DNA of 63,855 nucleotides, the filler included, from Octopus bimaculoides (lineage: Eukaryota): NCBI RefSeq assembly GCF_001194135.2. It is 6 parts of 5 records of this genome, joined end to end, with 100 filler letters (N's around TTAATTAATTAA, not from the genome) between each part and the next. Parts side by side here need not be neighbours in the genome. Positions count along the whole stretch, not along the records: positions 18,956 to 34,557 come from NC_069001.1; positions 34,658 to 55,747 come from NC_068984.1; 4 more parts are not named here. One strand, written 5' to 3'. A program made the position numbers and the translations under genes. Positions 26,616 to 36,739 of the stretch are shown in pieces. Position 1 is the first letter of the stretch, and the number at the start of each line of letters is the position of its first letter. The notes below the pieces were generated by a model. It did not search any database. It saw nothing but the letters and a program-made list of their open reading frames with translations, and had not been told where the DNA came from.

Positions 26616-28329
26616 GCACGCACGCATATATATTATACGCCTGTATATGCATACATACATACGTACATACATATATACATATATATATATATTTTGAAGT
26701 GACGAGCCATTGAACATGTATCGTTATGGCTAATTCTGAAACAACATGTTTTCTAACAATTTAGTCTTGATTTAATACCTGCTCGTTTCTTTTGCCTTGT
26801 TGTTGTTGTTGTTGTTGTTGCTGTTTTTGTAATTTGTCTTGTTGCCGTTTTTTATTCTTATTGTTGTTGTTGTTGCGCAGAATAATTTCTTATTTCGACA
26901 CAACATGTGATACAACAAAAGAAATTTGCTGTTCGTTTCTTAAATATTCAGCCATCTTAATCTAAAACTGCCGATAATTTCGTCAATATTCAACGACTGT
27001 CGTAGTTAGTAGTGTCCTTTTGTATGATCTTGAATTTAAGAACAAAGTCGACAAACGCGTATTTTAATACCTTTTCTCTTAGCCAGAATTCCATTACTTA
27101 CTGCCCAAAATCGAGTGTACTAATCCGCTCGATTTATGCAACTGCACGTTCAACGTTTCCGCTACCTGCCTCTTCACTTTCTCCTTGTATATACAGGTTT
27201 GCACTCTCTCCATCTTTGCCTTTAATATCGTCTGCTTTTCTCCATTTGCACATTGATTAAGTAACGATCTGCACATCACGATTTACATATATATATGTTC
27301 ATATTTCCAACCATTTCAGGATTACACAAACTTTCTTCCCGCTTCTTCCCAACCATATTTCGCCAATTAAGATCGTGGTGAGGCATCTATTGAAAATGGT
27401 AAATAGCGATGCATGAACTTGCAGAAACAAATGTCTGGGCGGAAATTACTCGTGAATATACGGAGATATGGGAGTGAACGTAGCATTGCAAAACAGAGGA
27501 CACCTCAGTGGATATTTGTTTTATATTCATTGTTGTCAATATTTATGTATATATTTAATCACTGAATCTAATCCACGATAGATTCACTCTGGTATTTCCA
27601 GATGAAATATTTTCAGATCAGACAACGTTACAGAGAAATGTGTTTTTCTAATCAGTTGAAACACCCTGCTATCAATGCTTAGATCGATATCGATTAAGCA
27701 CAGAAGAAATCAGCCTTGTAACAGAAAGGACTGTAATCGATATAATCAACCCCATTATATAACTGGTATTTCACTTTATCAACCCTCATTATAAAAACAA
27801 GGTACAATTATCATGTAAACCATCTTCGATAACTTTTTTATGCCCAAGACTACTTGATAAACTTAGACTTATATCTCCAAAGAAGCCGTTCAATAAATAC
27901 CAGCTATGTACAAGGGCCAAATATTTGACTATAAAAGGTCACCAAAGCTGAGGACTGAGCGTCAGCATTTTACTTTCTGTGTTCAGATCCAGCTTGCATT
28001 TAATCCTTCTGGAACCAATAGAATAAAGAAACAATCAAGTACTGTGATCGATATAATCGATAACTCCCTACCCCAAATGTACGGTCTTGCGTCAATACGA
28101 ATTTCATACGAGTCTCTACTGCACCACAATTTTCCCCTCTGTCTCTCTGTGATTTCTGTACTACAACTTTCAACTCTAGCTTGGGGACGTGTATACCACA
28201 AGGTACATCTTTTTATTCTAAAGTTATACAAAAGAAGAATTGTAAATCATAACATTTTCTGACAGAATATGAATTATTGATGTCATTGGCTGTGGATACG
28301 TGTTACGTAGGAGGAACTGCTACATTGCT

Positions 28330-28860
28330 AAGTGGTTCTAGTATATTCTATGTTACTGGTTGCTTATTGTATGTTCTATGGACAGAGGTTATATTGTTTC
28401 ATGTATGCTATTTAATTGCCTATCCATCACAGCTTCTATATTTTCTCTCTTCCCAGATTCCTTATCCTAACACCGGTTTTTATTTTTACTTGTCCTGTTT
28501 TTACTTTCATACTCTAAACACTTTGTATTTTCAAGAACCTTATATTCTGACAGTCTTTTTTCACTTTCTTTCGGGCCAAAGATCACAAGAGATCACAATG
28601 TCGATGAAAAATCCTGCATTTTCTTTCCACTTGTTGATTATTCTACCTGGTTTTTGTTGTTGTCTTAGATATCAGCTTAGACAAACGTTTTCCCTGATAA
28701 TTGTCGTAAGGTTGTTATATACCGTGTTTGGTAGAATTTTTTCTTCTTATTTCTTGTTCGGTTTTTACATTAAAATGTTGGCATATTGCGCAGTGGCCAT
28801 AGATACCAACTTGTTCGTGTCTCCTATAATTACTCGGGGTTGACATGGAATTATTAAATC
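28330..28860 (-). mobile_element. Possible, highly decayed Penelope-like endonuclease region
   Basis: Minus-strand pieces VGIYGHCAICQHFNVKT and LGRENIEAVMDRQLN loosely recall PLE linker and GIY-YIG ends. Many stops are present. Confidence 0.3.
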
Positions 28861-29639
28861 TAGCGGGTATGTTTATACCCAGCTCTGCCCCCCGCCATTT
28901 CTGTCAACAGTCAGCAATTATCCAGTTCTTACAGGCCATAGGGGAGCCATCTACATCCTGGTCACTGACAACATAACCATCCCAGTATCGATTACAGATG
29001 TTGCGAACGAGAAATGCTTTCTTTCGTTATTTTCTTACAATTTTTAAAAAAACATTTACTTTTTCATTTTCAAGAAAATTTCTTTTTTGTCAATTTCTTC
29101 GTTTCTTTTCTTTTTACTTATCATAGAACCTAATGAGTTTTCCATGTCAATTCGATGTCGGTGCCTGTCCGCTGAGTATATACATTACATTGTTACCACA
29201 AGCACGCTGCTGCTACTGCTGCTGCTGCTGCTGCTGCTGCTGGCTGCCAGGCAAGGTTGTTGATATTCAACGCTTGCCATGGATTCTTTCTTCAACCCTT
29301 TTCTGTCTGTGTGTAATACGTGTATTGTGCAATCTGTGTAATACGAGTCTGACTGTGCTGTGTGTGTAATTTTTGTAAATATTTGTGCATATTTCTGTTC
29401 ATATATATATATATATATATATATACACGCAAAGACACATTCACACATACATATATACACGTATCCGTATGTGAATGTATTTGTGTATGTATGTATAAAT
29501 GTATGTGTATGTATGTGTGAATAAGTGTGTGTGTGTGTGTGTCTATACATGAATAGTTTTCTGAATTTTTCAGTTGTGTTGTTCACTGGTTTCAGATTTA
29601 ATTCCTTCCAAACTTCTGCTTAATTCTCTTCTGTCTGGT

Positions 29640-29751
29640 TTCTTATAACTGACGTCGTGTGTTTACGGTTCGCCACGAGAAGCAGCGACCATTCCAGAAG
29701 TGGTAGAGGAGGGACAAGCAAAAAAGGACAACAGTTGGTTCGTCGGTGAGT
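29640..29751 (+). promoter_or_regulatory. Candidate promoter/first non-coding exon ending at a consensus donor
   Basis: Unique CpG-rich patch with CRE-like TGACGTC (29650-29656) and a CG|GTGAGT donor (29746-29751). It is followed by T/G-rich intron-like sequence and a GGGCGG box near 30070. Confidence 0.35.
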
Positions 29752-31118
29752 CTCGCTGAGTCCATTGCTTAAAAGTCAGACAACTCTCTTCAGTTTTGGT
29801 TACATTTTTTGTGTTTCTTCAGAGTCATTTTAAAAGGTGTTGAGGTGGGGGGCAATATTGCAATTTGTGACCTCATTTGAGATTTTCATATCATCAACTC
29901 CTGTTGGTAGGGGTAAGATCTGAATTTATTTCTGGCTCGAGAAGAGGGAGATATTCTTAGACACGTATTTTGTTTGTTGTGTTTTATATTTTGAAAATGA
30001 CTGGAAAGATAATCCTTGATTGTGAAGTCTGGCGCTTCAGGGTTTTAAATGCATGTTTTCCACGTTTAGGGCGGTGGGGGTGGGGTGTTCCTTAATATGT
30101 TTTTATTGACATGGCTACATTGGGGGGGGGGGATGTTTTTCATGCCACTCTTCATGGAAGCAGAACAGAGCTGATGTGCTTAAATGGAAAGTGTGTGAAT
30201 CCTGTGTGGGAGGGGAAGTTGGAATACAGAACGGAATCACCTGTGTTAAGAAATGATAAAAACGTTTTATCGTCGTATGATGTTAACAGATAAACAGGTA
30301 AACAGACAGTCTTGCATGCTGCACTGTAAAATCAGGATGAAGTCCATTGTGAAAATGGGGGAAGCCAGGTGTTAATGGCCAAATTGTGAAACTCTCACAA
30401 ATTGGCTAGACCGTAGCAAACTTTTGTAAGCAGAGATAATTGTACGACCAGTTTTTGCTGACAAGGTCGTTCAATTGGATTCTGTAAGCTATGATTGCCT
30501 GTTTAGTTTATGCACTTTGTGTTTTTCGTGTTAGGCATTTATGGAATTATTTTATGTTCCAGGAATTCGCCAGAACTTTTTGCTCCTCAGTTTTGAAATA
30601 ATTTCTGTGTCACCTCTGGGTGAGTACAAACATTTCTTAAGTTATTTTTATAATATTTATGTGAATTTTGAACCCTGCATTTATGGCAGGTTGTGTAGTA
30701 ATTTTGCTAGCTATTTTCTGTTAAGATAAATGTTAAAAAAATTGTATAAATAGCTAGAGGGTGTATGAATTAATTTTTCAGGTAGGCAATTTTTTGTATT
30801 TTTTGTATTGTAAATTTTCTCTAATGGTTTCTCAGCATTCTTTGTATGAAGCAGTTTTGTGTGAATTTAAAGCAAACTAGATCTTTTTTGTTTGAATATT
30901 TAATTTTTTAAACTATAATTGTTGATGTAACCTGGCAACCGTTTTGTNNNNNNNNNNNNNNNNNNNNNNNNNNNNNNNNNNNNNNNNNNNNNNNNNNNNN
31001 NNNNNNNNNNNNNNNNNNNNNNNNNNNNNNNNNNNNNNNNNNNNNNNNNNNNNNNNNNNNNNNNNNNNNNNNNNNNNNNNNNNNNNNNNNNNNNNNNNNN
31101 NNNNNNNNNNNNNNNNNN

Positions 31119-31169
<51 letters not shown>

Positions 31170-31209
31170 CATGTATGTATCATGTATATACATATATATA
31201 TCATGTGTG

Positions 31210-31251
<42 letters not shown>

Positions 31252-31621
31252 CATGTATATTTTCATGCACTAAGATTGTATATATGTGTATGAATACACA
31301 TGTATGCGTATGTGTTTGTAAATATTCGATATTGAAATTGTATCTATAATTCCATTCTACATCCAATTTCCATTTGCAATCTTTGTCAAATTGCAGCCAC
31401 ACGATCTGACTGGTATCTGCCTCCTCTAACCTCATTATATATCTCTTGGCTAACAGTTAAAGTTCATTCTCCGACAGCCACGCCGAAGAGCAAATGACAC
31501 GGCCAACGTCTCGCTGATTAAGCGGTCATGTTTATGATTTCTCCTACTTTACACGTTTTAAATGTTATCGCTTATAGAGTGGCGTTAGTTGAAATCTTCT
31601 GTAAATATTAAGAGGCGGCAC

Positions 31622-31655
<34 letters not shown>

Positions 31656-32942
31656 NNNNNNNNNNNNNNNNNNNNNNNNNNNNNNNNNNNNNNNNNNNNN
31701 NNNNNNNNNNNNNNNNNNNNNNNNNNNNNNNNNNNNNNNNNNNNNNNNNNNNNNNNNNNNNNNNNNNNNNNNNNNNNNNNNNNNNNNNNNNNNNNNNNNN
31801 NNNNNNNNNNNNNNNNNNNNNNNNNNNNNNNNNNNNNNNNNNNNNNNNNNNNNNNNNNNNNNNNNNNNNNNNNNNNNNNNNNNNNNNNNNNNNNNNNNNN
31901 NNNNNNNNNNNNNNNNNNNNNNNNNNNNNNNNNNNNNNNNNNNNNNNNNNNNNNNNNNNNNNNNNNNNNNNNNNNNNNNNNNNNNNNNNNNNNNNNNNNN
32001 NNNNNNNNNNNNNNNNNNNNNNNNNNNNNNNNNNNNNNNNNNNNNNNNNNNNNNNNNNNNNNNNNNNNNNNNNNNNNNNNNNNNNNNNNNNNNNNNNNNN
32101 NNNNNNNNNNNNNNNNNNNNNNNNNNNNNNNNNNNNNNNNNNNNNNNNNNNNNNNNNNNNNNNNNNNNNNNNNNNNNNNNNNNNNNNNNNNNNNNNNNNN
32201 NNNNNNNNNNNNNNNNNNNNNNNNNNNNNNNNNNNNNNNNNNNNNNNNNNNNNNNNNNNNNNNNNNNNNNNNNNNNNNNNNNNNNNNNNNNNNNNNNNNN
32301 NNNNNNNNNNNNNNNNNNNNNNNNNNNNNNNNNNNNNNNNNNNNNNNNNNNNNNNNNNNNNNNNNNNNNNNNNNNNNNNNNNNNNNNNNNNNNNNNNNNN
32401 NNNNNNNNNNNNNNNNNNNNNNNNNNNNNNNNNNNNNNNNTATGTATATATGTGCACATTCAAAGTTGATTCGGCAGTTGGTCTTGGCCGGTTGCCCAAC
32501 CCCGCGTGAATACAACCTTATCGGCTGTTTTCAATGAATCGCTCGTTGAGTACTGGAACACTGTGTTATATATATCTGGTCCGTATTTCTGTGGATGATG
32601 CAGGGTTTATTAGCGTTTGATAGGTAATGACAGCAATGATCAGGTTTATTTAATAACGGTATATATATATATATATATATATACAGGTGAGTGTCTATAT
32701 ACGTCAAGTAAGAGTCATTAATTAACAGGTGCGGTACAACGAACTGATGTTCAAACAATAATATTGATCAGTAGAGCAGAACAAATTTGCAAGATCATAC
32801 GCACCCAAACCCAAAAGAGAGACACACACACACATGCGTGTGCACAAATATGTGTACACACATATAACTATATATATAACTATACATGTATGTATTATAT
32901 TACTATTTTCTGCATGCCTGAGTAAAGCCAATGTAAATGACT

Positions 32943-33290
32943 GTCTCTTTCACTTTCTCTCTCTCTTTCACATTCTCTCTCTCTTTCACATTCTCTCTCT
33001 CTTTCACATTTTCTCTCTCTTTCACTTTCTCTCTCTCTTTCACTTTCTCTCTCTCTTTCACATTCTCTCTCTCTTTCACTTTCTCTCTCTCTTTCACTTT
33101 CTCTCTCTCTTTCACATTCTCTCTCTCTTTCACATTCTCTCTCTCTTTCACTTTCTCTCTTTCACATTCTCTCTCTCGTTCACATTCTCTCTCTCTTTCA
33201 CTTTATCTCTCTCTTTCACTTTCTCTCTCTCTTTCACTTTCTCTCTCTCCTTCACTTTCTCTCTCTCTTTCACTTTCTCTCTCTTTTTCT
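32943..33290. repeat. 18-bp minisatellite (ctttcac[t/a]ttctctctct), roughly 19 copies
   Basis: Direct reading. It produces the SFTFSL / KEREKV periodic ORFs. Confidence 0.92.
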
Positions 33291-33533
33291 CTCCCTATCA
33301 ATCAATGTTTATATATGCGTTTATTTATTTGTGTCCCTCAATCTACAAGAAGACACAGACACACACGCGCACACGCACACTCCAACTCCCACGCACATAC
33401 ACGCCCAGCTCCCTCATACACGCACACACACGCAATTACTTCCTTTAATGTAATTATGGTTCCATTCGCTCGCAGAAACTTCGTTATCAGATGTTAAAGG
33501 AATTTTTATGCAGGAAAATTCCTTTAATTACTA

Positions 33534-33580
<47 letters not shown>

Positions 33581-33944
33581 GACACACACACACACACACA
33601 CGTAATGATTTAAACATATATAGGGCGATACATATTTCTATATACACTTCTATAAAAACATACACTTATTGAACATACCGCAGCCCTAGAATGACCCTAG
33701 TTATTGAAAGAGGAAACTCCTTTGAACAGAATTTTATGGAAATCAATAGAAAGTATGAAATTCCTGAAATAAATACAAAAAAATATGAAAGAACAAAATC
33801 AAAAATGGTTTTGTTTGACTTATTTTTATGAAGAACACATCAAAGGTTGACTGCATTATCTTCTGACAAACCCCCAATTTTGTCTGTATAGCACTAAAGT
33901 GATAGAGTTACAAATGTTTTTTAATAAATAACTTTAAAGACCAA

Positions 33945-34460
33945 ATCTACTCTAATTTGTTGGCAGAATGGTTCATAAAAGCATTCAGTAAACAAATCTG
34001 GTGTAATCGAAGATTTTCTGTTACATTTCCATACAACAGGCAGATTAGGTTTGCCATCCATGGCTCTTGGAGTATGAGACTAATAAACAAACAGCAACTC
34101 AAGTTTCATGTCTCGAGATTCGTCTGCTCTCAGCAACAGTGTAAAACGATCTTGTGCTTCTTTTTAACCTGGGGCTTTTCGTTTCTTACCTCCCTTTGCG
34201 GATAAGCCCTTTTAAAGGGTAAACGTCTCCAAAATATCCCGTGTTTGTCTAACTTAAAACCAAGATTTAATCAATATTTGATCAATATATACAGATTTCT
34301 CCAATACCCATCAGTTGCACCGGAAATACCGATATTAGTACTTCCTGACTTCTCTGTAATCCAGTTAGAGATGAAGGAGTTCCTTGAACTGTTCAAACTC
34401 TACACAAAGCATCAAACGCTCGAATGACATCTCCAGCTTCTTCATTCCAGTGATTAAAAT
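33945..34460 (-). mobile_element. Tigger/pogo (DDE_1) transposase remnant
   Basis: The minus strand gives GIFWRRLP, then KRKAPG*KEAQDRFTLLLRADESRDMKLELLFVY*SHTPRAMDGKPNLPVVWKCNRKSSITPDLFTECF, matching the Tigger pattern KAPG.K..KDR.TLLL...NA.GD.KL. Confidence 0.82.
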
Positions 34461-34557
34461 AATTTAACGCCTTTTACTGTAGAATATATTAGGAAAGAAA
34501 CGTGATGCACGGCTATAAATCCTGTGGATTTACAGGTGGGGTTGGTGTGCTGGGGGG

Positions 34558-34657
34558 NNNNNNNNNNNNNNNNNNNNNNNNNNNNNNNNNNNNNNNNNNN
34601 NTTAATTAATTAANNNNNNNNNNNNNNNNNNNNNNNNNNNNNNNNNNNNNNNNNNNN
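34558..34657. other. Artificial scaffold join: 44N + TTAATTAATTAA + 44N
   Basis: Same structure as 12821-12920. Confidence 0.95.
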
Positions 34658-35015
34658 CAATGAGGTACACTCTGTGTGGTTGTTCAATTTGCTAGAAATA
34701 ACAGCCAAATCTTCTTCATACTATGCTCTTGTTAGTATTAAGGAAAGGGAAAAAGTTTACTCCTCTCCATCATTGCGATTAAAATTAATTTTGTTCAGCT
34801 CTATGAACTTAATTTTTTTTAAATGTTTCTGTCCATTGCTTGATACAGGAAATTGGAAAATCCTGACCAAAACAGAGAAATTCTAACTTAGCAAAAAATA
34901 TAGAAAGAGAAAGAAAAGGTTCTGTTTTCCAAAGCCAAAAGATGTGTATTTAGTTGAGGTGTAATTTTATAATTAAAACAAATTCAAAATTTAAATTTCA
35001 GAACATAAGACTTAC

Positions 35016-35034
35016 CACATTGTCTGGTGTATAG
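35016..35034 (-). other. Candidate 19-nt micro-exon of an unidentified minus-strand gene
   Basis: The minus strand reads gtttttggttttgtacccatttgaactgcag|CTATACACCAGACAATGTG|gtaagt. One frame is xYTPDNV. Confidence 0.3.
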
Positions 35035-35624
35035 CTGCAGTTCAAATGGGTACAAAACCAAAAACAAAGGTGTGTGTGTGTGCATGCATGTGTGTGGTCG
35101 GGTCTTTAATAACCAGGGGTTAATTTAAGTTCAATCACAGAAAGGAATTCAAAATGGCAACACATGCAATCATATACATACAAACATACCCATACATACA
35201 CACACATACACAAATACACACCTATCAGCCACTCCCAAAAGCCAGTTTGATCCAAAATTCTGACCACCATTCTTTATATATTTGCACATTAAAACATTCA
35301 GCTTTTCACTTTTATTCATTACTTTTTTTTTTTAATTGTCTGTCACTATTCATCTATTTTTAGTTTTTGTTTTGGGTATTTCACATGGTACCTGGGTGCC
35401 ATCAAAGTAAAAAAGTGTTTTTTAAGTTTTTGAAAATTTGAAACAAAGACATGGTTTTTTTTTAACTGATGTGAGAATATGGCTATTACTCATTAATCTC
35501 AAATTAAACTTACCAAAGACAAGGGTCTTCCAGCACCCCCAAGTCTCTTAATACCCTCATAATGTCCCTTTACTCCACAACACCACCACCACCACCCCGG
35601 TCCATATGGCCCCTGTTGCAAACT

Positions 35625-35910
35625 TTTGGTTTAAATGAATTGGTTTAAAACTTGTCACTATCCGCTACCTACTCCAGAGGACATATTTGCAAAATTAAAC
35701 AGTGGCAAAATATTTTCTAAATTGGATTTCTCTGACGTGCACCTACAAATTGGAGTAGACAATGAATGCTCTAAATACCTAACAATTAACATACATAATG
35801 GATTGCATAAGTACAACAGGTTACCATATGGCTTAAAAGTCGCACCAGTGATTTTTCGACTGATTATTGATGCAATGTTAGCTGACAGTGAATTTGCAAT
35901 TCCATATCTG
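35625..35910 (+). mobile_element. Ty3/Gypsy reverse transcriptase fragment
   Basis: Encodes YPLPTPEDIFAKLNSGKIFSKLDFSDVHLQI...LTINIHNGLHKYNRLPYGLKVAPVIF...AIPYL and is truncated just before the DD of YLDD. Confidence 0.9.
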
Positions 35911-35925
35911 GAAATCCCTAGTCGA

Positions 35926-36000
35926 CTAGCAAGTCATGCTACTCCAGACTGATGACGAGCAAAGACTCAGAAACATGTCTCTGGATGCAGGCTTAGCTGG
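35926..36000 (+). ncRNA. Minimal type I hammerhead ribozyme motif, Penelope pLTR-type
   Basis: tccaga-CTGATGA-c.gag caaaga ctc.a-GAAA-c at g-TC^-tctgga. Stem I is a perfect 6 bp and extendable, stem III is a short palindrome (acatgt), and the GUC cleavage triplet ends at 35979. The first stem II pair is a C.A mismatch. Confidence 0.72.
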
Positions 36001-36739
36001 GTGGAGGTGCTTGTCTCCCCCTTGTAAACATAAGGACACAGGAAATGTGTCAAGGCCGACAGGAAGCGGTGCAGCTTCCTAGGTCTAACCAACAGCAGTA
36101 TTATTCCCTTCAGGGGACTGTCACATTAAGTTGACAGCATACAACTACTTCATCGTATCACTACTGCATAAATCTCGCTGAGAGATTTAGAAATGTATTA
36201 TTTCTGAAAATAATTCATTCACTATTTTAAGTATTTCTGAAGAAGAAAAAAAAAACAGATACCTGTTTTAATGTTTATTTTAGTGATAGTTCTATTGAGA
36301 TTCCAAAATAGGTTTACTCAATGTATTTTCTTTATTATGTTCCTTTTTTCTGTTTTTCGAATCATCTTGGTTGACTGACGCAAATGGCCAAACCTTTCAT
36401 GACATTTAGCCCTCTAGTGTTTAGACCAGCCAAAAATTATTCCCCTTTATTTGTTTGAGCCAGCCAAATCTGGCCATATCTGATTCCTCTATGAAACCAT
36501 TAAAAAAATAAACAAATCACATTATTGAATTTTTGTAGCTTTAAAATAATGTGAGATAAAGCATTTCTCACCTTTATTCAAGTAAAAATATGGTGAAATC
36601 TTTGAGACTTCTCGGTTTTTTTCAACATTTGTAGTTAAGTGTGTATCTCAGTTTTAACTATGGCATTGGCAAGTAGCAAATTCTGACTTTGAAGGTTTTA
36701 CTCTTGATGCGGTACAAAATATAAACGAAAACAACAGTG

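Noticed and set aside
28277-28843. 188-aa hydrophobic plus-strand ORF resembling a membrane protein
   Set aside because: It has no recognisable motif, and is best explained as the T-rich antisense of an A-rich decayed retroelement.
35508-35620. Perfect minus-strand donor with an open frame upstream
   Set aside because: The acceptor is weak and the context looks like a dispersed DNA-element repeat.
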